A stretch of DNA of 64,000 nt, from NCBI GenBank assembly GCA_963796955.1, contig CAWCNJ010000003.1, positions 64,001 to 128,000 of the forward strand, written 5' to 3'. This stretch comes from Endomicrobiales bacterium (GTDB lineage: Bacteria; Elusimicrobiota; Endomicrobiia; Endomicrobiales; JALOBY01). Positions 37,236-46,043 of the stretch are shown here, piece after piece (within the stretch, counting starts at the first letter, position 1; each line of letters starts with the position of its first letter). Made by a program: the position numbers and the translations under genes. The notes beneath the pieces are model-generated. The model made no database searches. It worked only from the letters and a program-made list of their open reading frames with translations, and had not been told where the DNA came from.

Positions 37236-39585
37236 AGAAGCGGTCGTAACTAAAAAGCCCGTTAAGGCTGCGACTGCCGCAAAAACAAAAAAACTTGAAG
37301 CAAAGGATACCGTAAAGGCGGTCGTAACGCCTGAGGGGGAAAAGCCTGTCAAAAAGAAGGCCGCCGCTCCCAAAGCCCCGAAGAAAAAAGTTGAAGACAC
37401 GGAAGCTGTCGTTGAAAAACCGGTTAAAAAGACCGCGGTCACACATAAGAAAAAAGAAGTGAAGCCGGCTGAAAAAGAAGTTAAGGCCGTTGAGCCTGCC
37501 GCAGCGGTAAAAGAAACGGTCGCACCGGTAGAGCACAAACCGGCTAAAATCGAACACAAGCAACCTCCTGTTCCGGCTCAACCTCAACCAGCGCCGCAGC
37601 AACCCGTGAAGCCGGCGGTCCCCGCGCCGCAGAAACCGGCCCCTGCAGCAGCGCATCTCGCTGCACCGGTTGTGACCCCTCTTAAAGCGGTTATCGCCGC
37701 CGCGACGCCTGTTGTCGCGCCGCCTCCTGCTGCTCCGGTAACCGCTCCCACACCCGTTCCTGCTCCTGCCGCTCCTGTAACTCCGCCGGCAGCGCCCGTT
37801 CAGGCCGCTCCGGTCGTCGCTGAAAAGCCGGCGATCAAGGGTGTTGTTACCATAAATGAAAATACGACGGTGCGTGAACTGGCCGAGAAAATGAATGAAA
37901 AGCCCGGCGATCTGCTGAGAAAGTTGCTGACCATGGGCGGCCTTGCCACCATAAATCAAAAGTTAGATACGGACACCGCGACACTGCTGGCCCACGAGTT
38001 CTTATATGAAGTGAAGTTCGCCTCAATGTATGCCGAAGAGACGCAGGTAGTTGAGAAGGAAGATCCCGCACTGCTGAAAACCCGTCCGCCGGTCGTCACG
38101 ATCATGGGGCATGTTGACCACGGCAAAACTTCACTGCTTGATGCGATCCGCACGACGAACGTCGCCGGCGGCGAAGCCGGCGGTATAACCCAGCACATCG
38201 GCGCCTATAGAGTTAAGACCGCGCACGGCGACGTTGCCTTCCTGGACACGCCGGGCCACGAAGCTTTTACAGCCATGCGCTCACGCGGCGCCAAAGCCAC
38301 GGACCTGGTGGTGCTGGTTGTTTCCGCGGCTGACGGCGTTATGCCTCAGACCGTAGAAGCGATAGACCACGCAAAGGCTGCCAATGTACCTATTATAGTA
38401 GCGATGAATAAGATGGACCTGCCCACCGCGAACCCCCAGCAGGTAAAACAGGCGCTCAGCGGTTACGGCCTGCTCGCCGAAGATTGGGGCGGCGATGTGA
38501 TAATGGTGGAAGTCTCCGCGAGAGCGAAGACCGGCATAGATTCCCTGCTGGAAATGATATTGCTGAAAGCTGAAATGCTGGACCTTAAGGCGAATCCCGA
38601 CGCGCTGGCCCGCGGTGTGGTCGTTGAAGCGAAGCTGGACCCCCGCAGGGGCCCGGTGGCCACGGTGCTGGTACAGAACGGGACGCTGCATATCGGCGAT
38701 AATTTCATTGTCGGTAATACTATGGGCAAAGTGCGCGCCATGGTTGATGAGTTCGGTGTCCGCCACCAGGTAGCGCCACCCAGTACCCCGGTTGAAGTTA
38801 TGGGCCTTGAAGAGACCCCGCAGGCCGGCGATACATTCCAGGTAGTAGCCGATGAGCGCATAGCCAGACAGACGGCTGAATCGCGCAAAATACGCGCCAG
38901 GGATAATGCTCTCAGGTCCCGTCATCATCTGTCACTGGAAGATATTAGCTCACGCAGTTCCAAAGAATTGCGCCTTATTATAAAAACAGATGTCCGCGGA
39001 TCTCTTGAGGCTCTCAGAGATTCTCTTGAACGTTTTACCAGCGCTGAGATAGTTCTCAAGATCATCCATGGTGGCGTCGGTTCAATAAATGAATCAGATG
39101 TAACTCTCGCTGCCGCTTCTGATGCGCTTATAGTCGGTTTTAACATCCGCCCTGATTCCGCTATTGAGCGCCTGGCTGAACGGGAAGGCGTAAATATTCG
39201 TTCTTACCGTATCATTTACGATCTTATCAACGATGTCAAAGCTGCCCTTGAAGGTATGCTCGCGCCGCAGATAAAGGAAGTTATGGTCGGCAAAGCGGCC
39301 GTCAAACAGGTCTTTAAAGTCACTAAAGCCGGCACGGTAGCCGGCTGCATGGTGTTGGAAGGCAAGGTCGTGCGCGGTGGTAAAGCCCGCCTGATACGCG
39401 ATAATGTGGTGGTCTTCGAAGGCGCCATCTCAGGCTTGAAACGCTTTAAAGATGATGTCCGTGAAGTGGAAAAAGGCTTTGAATGCGGTATAACCCTGGA
39501 AAACTATAACGATGTAAAAGCGAACGATATCATAGAAGTTATAACCCAGGAAAATATCGCCACCAAGCTTAATGACACGATATAA
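37213..39585 (+). CDS. infB: translation initiation factor IF-2
   Basis: [34 protein letters not shown]; low-complexity K/P/A-rich N-terminus. Confidence 0.97.
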   Translation: MTQKKTTKEAVVTKKPVKAATAAKTKKLEAKDTVKAVVTPEGEKPVKKKAAAPKAPKKKVEDTEAVVEKPVKKTAVTHKKKEVKPAEKEVKAVEPAAAVKETVAPVEHKPAKIEHKQPPVPAQPQPAPQQPVKPAVPAPQKPAPAAAHLAAPVVTPLKAVIAAATPVVAPPPAAPVTAPTPVPAPAAPVTPPAAPVQAAPVVAEKPAIKGVVTINENTTVRELAEKMNEKPGDLLRKLLTMGGLATINQKLDTDTATLLAHEFLYEVKFASMYAEETQVVEKEDPALLKTRPPVVTIMGHVDHGKTSLLDAIRTTNVAGGEAGGITQHIGAYRVKTAHGDVAFLDTPGHEAFTAMRSRGAKATDLVVLVVSAADGVMPQTVEAIDHAKAANVPIIVAMNKMDLPTANPQQVKQALSGYGLLAEDWGGDVIMVEVSARAKTGIDSLLEMILLKAEMLDLKANPDALARGVVVEAKLDPRRGPVATVLVQNGTLHIGDNFIVGNTMGKVRAMVDEFGVRHQVAPPSTPVEVMGLEETPQAGDTFQVVADERIARQTAESRKIRARDNALRSRHHLSLEDISSRSSKELRLIIKTDVRGSLEALRDSLERFTSAEIVLKIIHGGVGSINESDVTLAAASDALIVGFNIRPDSAIERLAEREGVNIRSYRIIYDLINDVKAALEGMLAPQIKEVMVGKAAVKQVFKVTKAGTVAGCMVLEGKVVRGGKARLIRDNVVVFEGAISGLKRFKDDVREVEKGFECGITLENYNDVKANDIIEVITQENIATKLNDTI

Positions 39586-39606
39586 TAATTCTACAGGTAA
39601 AATAAT

Positions 39607-39972
39607 ATGCATACGTATAAAAGGGCCGTTCGCGTTGGTGAACGGCTGCAGCAGGAATTGTCCAAGATAATACAGGAATTGGCCCCGGAAAATGGCCTTG
39701 GTTTCGTTACGGTCACCGCGCTTAAACTGACGGACGATCTGTTGGACGCCCGCGTTTTCTTCTCCGTGCTGGGCGACGAGGAAGAAATGGTCCGTACCGG
39801 CGAAGTACTTGCGAAACTAACCCCGCAGATACGGCACCGCATCGCGTTGTCCGTAGACCTACGCCGCGTCCCGCGCCTTGTTTTCGAGTATGATGAAACC
39901 CCCGCCCGCGCCCAGAGAGTATTCTCCATCCTTGAAAAATTGAACAAAGAAAGCGAAGAAAAGAACTCCTGA
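39607..39972 (+). CDS. rbfA: ribosome-binding factor A
   Basis: RAVRV, VTVT, DLLDARVF, LRRVPRLVFEYD. Confidence 0.93.
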   Translation: MHTYKRAVRVGERLQQELSKIIQELAPENGLGFVTVTALKLTDDLLDARVFFSVLGDEEEMVRTGEVLAKLTPQIRHRIALSVDLRRVPRLVFEYDETPARAQRVFSILEKLNKESEEKNS

Positions 39973-39974
39973 CC

Positions 39975-40961
39975 ATGCCGATAACATTAACCCCCTCAGA
40001 GATAGAATCCTTCAACGCGATAGAACAGGCTATTAACGCCGCGGAAACGTTTTTTATCGCCGGCCATCTTAAGCCCGACGGCGATACCATCGGTTCCGGC
40101 CTGACGCTGCGCTCCGCCCTGATGCGCATGGGAAAGAACGTGGAGATGTATTCCCGTGATCCGCTGCCCGCGACATTAAAGAGCCTGGCGGGCTCCGAAA
40201 ATATCCTGTTCGGTGAAAAATCGGCTAAGAATTATGACTGCGCTATTATCCTTGAGTGCTCTGGGCTGGAGAGGATGGGGGATATCATTTCAGCCGCTCA
40301 GGCAAAGATCATCATCAACATAGACCACCACGCCCACTTCAATAATTTCGGCCATATTAATTACATCAATCCCCAGGCGTCCTCTACCGCCGAGATCATC
40401 TACAAGCTGCTGGTGCACTTTAAACATACGTTCACTATCAATGAAGCCGATTACCTCTGGGCCGGTCTGATCACTGATTCCGGCATGTTCCAGCAGACGA
40501 ACACGACTTTTGAATGCCTGCAGGTGGCGTCGGAACTGGTCAAGATCGGTGTAAAACCCAATGAAATGTATCAGAAAATATATTCCAGCAAGACGCTTTC
40601 TTCCCTGAACCTGCTCGGGCTCTCGCTGCAGACCATGCAGCTTGCCTGCGACGGGAAAGTCGCCTACCTGCGTCTTGAGCAGGCGATGATACACGCCGCA
40701 AATTCTCATGTTACCGAGTCGGAAGATTTTATCAATCACACGATGCTGATACCGAGCGTGAAAGTCGGCGTGCTTTTCCGGGAAGAAAATGCGACCTCGG
40801 TAAAAGTAAGCTTCCGCTCCAGACAAGCCTACGACGTAAATGCCATCGCCCGGCAATTTGGCGGAGGCGGCCATAAGAACGCCGCCGGCTGTACGATACC
40901 CGGCACCATGAACGCGGTTATCTCCCAGGTGCTTGCCCATCTCTCGCTGGCCCTTTCCTAA
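39975..40961 (+). CDS. nrnA: DHH/DHHA1 oligoribonuclease / pAp phosphatase
   Basis: HLKPDGDTIGS, NIDHH, TDSG, SFRS, GGGGH. Confidence 0.9.
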   Translation: MPITLTPSEIESFNAIEQAINAAETFFIAGHLKPDGDTIGSGLTLRSALMRMGKNVEMYSRDPLPATLKSLAGSENILFGEKSAKNYDCAIILECSGLERMGDIISAAQAKIIINIDHHAHFNNFGHINYINPQASSTAEIIYKLLVHFKHTFTINEADYLWAGLITDSGMFQQTNTTFECLQVASELVKIGVKPNEMYQKIYSSKTLSSLNLLGLSLQTMQLACDGKVAYLRLEQAMIHAANSHVTESEDFINHTMLIPSVKVGVLFREENATSVKVSFRSRQAYDVNAIARQFGGGGHKNAAGCTIPGTMNAVISQVLAHLSLALS

Positions 40962-41678
40962 GTGGACACCCTGTGCGCCTCCGGCTTGCTGAATATCTCT
41001 AAACCCGGCGGCATCACTTCTTTCCGCGTCGTTAAACTGGTAAAACATATCCTTAAAGTCAAAAAAGTGGGGCATTGCGGAACGCTTGATCCGCTCGCGG
41101 AAGGCGTGCTGCTCGTGCTGTTCGGCGCCGCCACGAAACAGCAGGACAAATTGATGCATCAGGATAAAGTGTACACCGCCACCGTTTTGCTGGGCCGCCT
41201 GACCGATACCGGCGATGTGACCGGTAAAACATTGTCGGAATCCCCGGTGCCGCCGGAAACACAAGAACGCCTGCCGGAGATCCTTACCAAATTTACCGGT
41301 ACGGTCCTGCAGGTGCCGCCGATGTTCTCCGCGTTAAAATATGGCGGTAAAAAACTGTATGAGCTGGCTCGCCAGGGCATTACCGTTGAACGCGCACCCA
41401 GGGCGATACAGATATACGGGATAGAACTTTTAAGCTACGAAGCGCCGCGGCTTGCTATCAGGGTTCATTGCTCAAGCGGCACCTATATACGGACCTTGGC
41501 CGAAGATATCGGGGCCGCCCTCGGCTGCGGCGGCACTATCGAAAAACTGCGGCGCGATTCAGTCGGCAGCTATATGATCGGATCATCCCTGAATTACGAA
41601 GAGATCCGCCAGCTGTCCGCCGAAGCGCTGCTTGCAAAAGCAATACCACAGGAAGCATTTATTTATGAAACGACATGA
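40962..41678 (+). CDS. truB: tRNA pseudouridine(55) synthase
   Basis: KVGHCGTLDPLAEG, QVPPMFSALK, GTYIRTL. Confidence 0.94.
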   Translation: MDTLCASGLLNISKPGGITSFRVVKLVKHILKVKKVGHCGTLDPLAEGVLLVLFGAATKQQDKLMHQDKVYTATVLLGRLTDTGDVTGKTLSESPVPPETQERLPEILTKFTGTVLQVPPMFSALKYGGKKLYELARQGITVERAPRAIQIYGIELLSYEAPRLAIRVHCSSGTYIRTLAEDIGAALGCGGTIEKLRRDSVGSYMIGSSLNYEEIRQLSAEALLAKAIPQEAFIYETT

Positions 41679-42552
41679 GAAAACCGCTGTCGCCATAGGC
41701 ACTTTCGACGGCGTCCATCTGGGGCACCAGTACCTGATAAAAGAACTTCTTTCCGTTGCGAAGGCGGAGAAACTGAGGACCGCTGTCGTCGCATTAAGCC
41801 GTCCCGTAAAACAGGTTAACGGCGTGCTCAGCACCGTGGAAGAGAAACTGCATCTTTTAACAGAATATCCCATAGATGAAATTGTTGTTTTGCCGGTAGG
41901 CCCGGAAATGACAAATCAGGAACCGGAGGAGTTTTACCGCGATTTCCTGATAAACAAGTTGAATGTCCGCTGTCTCGTTGTGGGCGATAATTTCGCCTTC
42001 GGCCATAAAAGAAGAGGCACCATCAACTGGCTGAAGCCGGTGGCAGAGAGCACGGGTGTATTGCTGAAGGTCGTCAGCCCGAAGATGTATCACAGGAAAC
42101 CGATCTCTTCGTCGCGCATACGACAGCTCCTTTCCGCCGGCCGGATGACGTACGCGAACCGTCTGCTCGGCCGCCACTACCGGATAGAGGGAATACCGGT
42201 CCCGGGTAAGCAAATAGGCCGCACGCTGGGCTTTCCTACCGTAAATCTTTCCGTCCCGGATGAAAAACTGCTACCCCAGGGAGTTTTCGCTGCATTGGTA
42301 GAGAACGCCGGTTCAGTCTACACCGCGGTAGCAAACATAGGCTTTAACCCGACCATCGAGACCAAAACAGGTTCCCGCCTGCTGGTAGAAGCCCACCTGC
42401 TGAACTTTACGGGAACCTGGCCGCGTACCCCGACCACCTTTTACCTGGTAAAACACCTGCGTAACGAACGCAAATTCGCCAGCCGTGAGCTGCTTTCAAA
42501 GCAAATCGCCCATGACGTTGCGTCGGCCAAGAAGTTGTTGTCTGACTTTTGA
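41665..42552 (+). CDS. ribF: riboflavin kinase / FAD synthetase
   Basis: IGTFDGVHLGH, ISSSRIR, GRTLGFPTVN, LRNERKF. Confidence 0.93.
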   Translation: MKRHEKTAVAIGTFDGVHLGHQYLIKELLSVAKAEKLRTAVVALSRPVKQVNGVLSTVEEKLHLLTEYPIDEIVVLPVGPEMTNQEPEEFYRDFLINKLNVRCLVVGDNFAFGHKRRGTINWLKPVAESTGVLLKVVSPKMYHRKPISSSRIRQLLSAGRMTYANRLLGRHYRIEGIPVPGKQIGRTLGFPTVNLSVPDEKLLPQGVFAALVENAGSVYTAVANIGFNPTIETKTGSRLLVEAHLLNFTGTWPRTPTTFYLVKHLRNERKFASRELLSKQIAHDVASAKKLLSDF

Positions 42553-42595
42553 TTATTGCCTACTGCCAATTGCCTGCAGTTAAACGTAGTTTTCG

Positions 42596-42624
42596 TTTAC
42601 ATTTAGCCCTAAATAGTGTATAAT
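42596..42624 (+). promoter_or_regulatory. rpsO promoter
   Basis: TTTACA-17-TATAAT. Confidence 0.65.
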
Positions 42625-42641
42625 TCCAATAATATATGTGC

Positions 42642-42748
42642 ATTCCGCTGTTGAGGTGGCCTGAAAGGTCGCTTTTCGGCAGGAATAATTAAGAAAGCCC
42701 TCCTACGCTGGAATAGCTTCGGAGCGGCAATATAAAAGGAGTAACACA
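42642..42748 (+). promoter_or_regulatory. structured rpsO 5' leader (candidate S15-binding RNA)
   Basis: Hairpin 42642-42686; CTCCT 42700-42704 is complementary to the SD AGGAG 42737-42741. Confidence 0.5.
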
Positions 42749-43009
42749 ATGGCGTTCGCAAAGAAAGAAGTAGTGGAAAAGTTCAAGACGCACCCGACGG
42801 ACACCGGTTCACCCGAAGTACAGATTGCCATACTTACAGGGCGCATCAACTACCTTTCAGAGCATTTCAAGGTATATCCCAAAGATCATGCTTCACGTCA
42901 CGGATTCCTTAAATTGATCGGCAAACGCCGCCGTATGCTTGAATATCTAAAAACCACGAACAAAGAGTCTTATAAGACGATACTTGGACAGCTTGATCTA
43001 AGAAAGTAG
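42749..43009 (+). CDS. rpsO: 30S ribosomal protein S15
   Basis: DTGSPEVQIAILT, KDHASR, LDLRK. Confidence 0.97.
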   Translation: MAFAKKEVVEKFKTHPTDTGSPEVQIAILTGRINYLSEHFKVYPKDHASRHGFLKLIGKRRRMLEYLKTTNKESYKTILGQLDLRK

Positions 43010-43020
43010 TGAAAATATTC

Positions 43021-43082
43021 GTCCCCGCCGAAGAACTCCCCCGACTTGGTCGGGGGACTACGTTCTCGCAAGACGCGGGGAT
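43021..43082 (+). repeat. nested palindrome after rpsO (terminator or REP-like)
   Basis: Outer GTCCCCGC/GCGGGGAT, middle AGAAC/GTTCT, inner TCCCCCGAC-ttg-GTCGGGGGA. Confidence 0.6.
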
Positions 43083-43145
43083 GTCGCATTTTTATGATGA
43101 GAGTCGCAGATGAGCTCCAAATAGTTTTTGTCGTTAAATAAACAG

Positions 43146-43243
43146 CGCCGGGCCGGGATCCAAAGGATACAACGAGTTTCTTGATCGAGTACGGCTGATC
43201 AGGGGAATTCGCTGGATCTTTTGAGGTTCCTGTTAACAGGCGC
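43146..43243 (+). promoter_or_regulatory. long irregular stem-loop in the pnp leader
   Basis: GCGCC/GGCGC closing pair; GGGATCCAAAGGA/TCTTTTGAGGTTCC; CGAGTTTCTTGATC/GATCAGGGGAATTCG. Confidence 0.55.
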
Positions 43244-43257
43244 AAAAAAGAGGGAAA

Positions 43258-45351
43258 ATGTCAGAAAAAACAGTTCGCAGTATTGAGTTCGCAGGAAAGA
43301 CGCTTACCGTTGAAACCGGGTACCTTGCCAAACAGGCGGGCGGTTCAGCATTGGTTCGCCTTGGCGATACCGTTGTTCTGGTGACCGTTGTCGCCGGAAA
43401 AGATCCGAAAAATTTCATAGACGGCAATGTGTTCCTTCCTTTGACCGTTGATTTTCGCGAGCGTACCTATGCCGCCGGTAAAATACCGGGCGGTTTCTTT
43501 AAGCGCGAGACCAGGCCCCGTGAAGGCGAGATCCTTCTCAGCCGTCTGATAGACCGCACCATCCGCCCGCTGTTCGCCGAAGGCTGGGACCGTGAAACGC
43601 AGGTCGGCATCATGCTTGTTTCGTCTGACGGCGTAAACGATGTCGAAATGCCGTCCCTGGTCGGCGTTTCCATAGCCCTTCAGGTTTCTGATATTCCTTT
43701 CGAGGCCAATGTTGCCGCCGTTCGCATCGGCATGATAGACGGTAAGTTCATAGTAAATCCTACCAAGCAGGAGCAGGCTTCTTCCTCTCTTGACCTGATG
43801 GTAGCGGGGACCTGTGACGCGATAACCATGGTTGAGTGCGGCGCAAAAGAGCTTTCTGAAGACCAGCTGCTGGAAGCCCTTAACCTTGCCGCTGAAAACC
43901 TTAAGACCCTGTGCGCCTTCCAGGAAGGTTTCAACAAAAAAGCCAAGCAGCTGGTAACACCGGCTGTCGTTGACGAGGCTATGAAGAACGAGATCACCTC
44001 GATGTCCGCCGCCAGGATCGAAGAGATCCTTCAGCCGAGATCAAAAGACTCGCGCGACGATATGTGGCGCGCCTACAAAAAAGAAGTGGTCGCCGCTCTT
44101 GAAGGGAAATACCCGGAAAAAGCAAGCGCCATCAAGAACATACTTGAAGACCTCTTTTACTACGCCGCCCGCAAACTGGTGCTGGATAAACGCACCCGCG
44201 CGGATGGAAGAAATCTAGACGAGGTCCGCCCGATCGAATCGATCGTAGGTATCTTGCCCCGCGCGCACGGCTCTGCCGTGTTCACCCGCGGTCAGACGCA
44301 GGCCCTTGCCGTAGCGACCCTTGGCACGCCGGGTGATGCGCAGGTTATGGACGTGCTGGACGGCGAATACAAAGAACGCTTCATGCTCCACTACAACTTC
44401 CCGGGTTTCTCTACGGGTGAGCCGAAACCGGAACGTTCCCCCGGGCGCAGAGAAATAGGCCACGGCAACCTTGCCCGCCGCGCGCTTTTGCCCCTGCTGC
44501 CTTCTGAAGCTGAATTCCCGTACACGATCCGCATAGTTTCGGATATTCTTGAATCGAACGGTTCATCGTCAATGGCTTCTGTTTGCGGCGGCTCTCTTGC
44601 GTTGTTCGATGCGGGCGTGCCCTGCACCAGCAATTGCGCCGGTGTTGCCATGGGCCTGGTGAAGGAAGGCGATAAATATGCCATCCTTACCGACATCATG
44701 GGGATGGAAGACCACCTGGGTGATATGGACTTTAAGGTCACCGGTACCCGCAAAGGCGTTACCGCCCTGCAGATGGATATAAAGATAAAAGGCCTTACGC
44801 CGAAGATCATGGCGGAAGCGCTTGAGCAGGCCCGCAAAGGCCGCCTGCACATACTCGGCAAGATGGAAGAGACCATGACGGCGCCGCGCGCCCAGATGTC
44901 CACGTTCGCCCCGCGTATGTTCATAGTACAGATCAATCCGTCGAAGATCGGCGAGCTTATCGGGCCGGGCGGCAAGAACATCCGCCGCATTCAGGAAGGC
45001 ACCGGCGCCAAGATAGACATTGAAGACGACGGCAGAGTGTTCATCTCCAGCACCGTTGAAGGCGCTGCAGAAGCCGCGAAAGCAGAAGTTGAAGGAATGT
45101 CCGCCGAGATAGAGGTAGGCAAAGTTTACACGGGCAAAGTAACGCGTCTGATGAATTTCGGCGCCTTCGTTGAAGTATTGCCCGGCAAAGAAGGCCTGGT
45201 GCATATTTCACAGCTCGCGATAGATCATGTTAAGCGCGTGGAAGATGTGGTAAAAGAAGGCGATGTTATCACGGTTAAATGCACGGAGATAGATGAAAAG
45301 AACCGCGTTAACCTGAGCCGTAAGGCCGTTTTGCTGGATCAAAAGAAATAA
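43258..45351 (+). CDS. pnp: polyribonucleotide nucleotidyltransferase
   Basis: GKIPGGFFKRE, RREIGHG, ESNGSSSMAS, GDMDFKV, KH and S1 domains. Confidence 0.98.
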   Translation: MSEKTVRSIEFAGKTLTVETGYLAKQAGGSALVRLGDTVVLVTVVAGKDPKNFIDGNVFLPLTVDFRERTYAAGKIPGGFFKRETRPREGEILLSRLIDRTIRPLFAEGWDRETQVGIMLVSSDGVNDVEMPSLVGVSIALQVSDIPFEANVAAVRIGMIDGKFIVNPTKQEQASSSLDLMVAGTCDAITMVECGAKELSEDQLLEALNLAAENLKTLCAFQEGFNKKAKQLVTPAVVDEAMKNEITSMSAARIEEILQPRSKDSRDDMWRAYKKEVVAALEGKYPEKASAIKNILEDLFYYAARKLVLDKRTRADGRNLDEVRPIESIVGILPRAHGSAVFTRGQTQALAVATLGTPGDAQVMDVLDGEYKERFMLHYNFPGFSTGEPKPERSPGRREIGHGNLARRALLPLLPSEAEFPYTIRIVSDILESNGSSSMASVCGGSLALFDAGVPCTSNCAGVAMGLVKEGDKYAILTDIMGMEDHLGDMDFKVTGTRKGVTALQMDIKIKGLTPKIMAEALEQARKGRLHILGKMEETMTAPRAQMSTFAPRMFIVQINPSKIGELIGPGGKNIRRIQEGTGAKIDIEDDGRVFISSTVEGAAEAAKAEVEGMSAEIEVGKVYTGKVTRLMNFGAFVEVLPGKEGLVHISQLAIDHVKRVEDVVKEGDVITVKCTEIDEKNRVNLSRKAVLLDQKK

Positions 45352-45366
45352 ACGAGGTGCATTTTT

Positions 45367-45840
45367 ATGAAAGAAACAAACACCCCGAAGCCGGCTGCAT
45401 GTAATTCGGATGTCACGGCATTGTATGATATGATGCTGGATGATAACCTTGAAGAACTTGAAATAAACGACGGTGATACAAAAGTCTATATCCGGCGCAA
45501 AGGCGCTGCCACTGTAACGGTGGCAGCACCCCAGCAGGTCACGTATGCGCCGGCGCCAGCAATGTCAACTGCACCGGCCGCAGTGGAGCAACCTTCGCTG
45601 GGAGAAACGGTTAAATCGCCGATCATCGGTGTGTTCTACCGTTCCTCTTCACCCGGTGCCGCGCCGTTCTCCAGCGAGGGCGATGTCGTGGCCCCCGGCA
45701 AAACACTGTGTATCGTTGAAGCGATGAAGGTGATGAATGAAATTAAGGCCGACAGCAGGATGAAGATCATAAAGATCCTGGTTGAGAACGGTAAGCCCAT
45801 TATCGCCGGCCAGGACCTGTTCGTGGTAGAAAAGCAATGA
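45367..45840 (+). CDS. accB: biotin carboxyl carrier protein
   Basis: SPIIGVFYRS, EAMKVMNEI. Confidence 0.93.
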   Translation: MKETNTPKPAACNSDVTALYDMMLDDNLEELEINDGDTKVYIRRKGAATVTVAAPQQVTYAPAPAMSTAPAAVEQPSLGETVKSPIIGVFYRSSSPGAAPFSSEGDVVAPGKTLCIVEAMKVMNEIKADSRMKIIKILVENGKPIIAGQDLFVVEKQ

Positions 45841-46040
45841 CAAAAGAACAAATAGGCATTAACGCGGGGCGGGTCTGGACGTACCTTACGGACAACGGCC
45901 CCACGACCATAATAAAACTTAAATCCGCCCTGGAAGTTTCCAGCGGACAGTTGCATCTGGCTTTAGGGTGGTTATCTCGTGAAGATAAGATAGAACTTAC
46001 TGAACACGGCCACACATACAAAGTTAGCCAGAAGGGCTGA
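45837..46040 (+). CDS. small winged-helix protein (DUF2582-like)
   Basis: IGINAGRVWTYL, LALGWLSREDKI. Confidence 0.8.
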   Translation: MTKEQIGINAGRVWTYLTDNGPTTIIKLKSALEVSSGQLHLALGWLSREDKIELTEHGHTYKVSQKG

Positions 46041-46043
46041 CAG

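Noticed and set aside
37213..37830. Repetitive K/P/A-rich sequence
   Set aside because: Ordinary low-complexity IF-2 N-terminus, not a repeat array
36150..37959. Several 260-290 aa minus-strand ORFs
   Set aside because: Shadows of nusA and infB caused by codon bias
40290..41264. 324-aa minus-strand ORF
   Set aside because: Shadow of nrnA and truB
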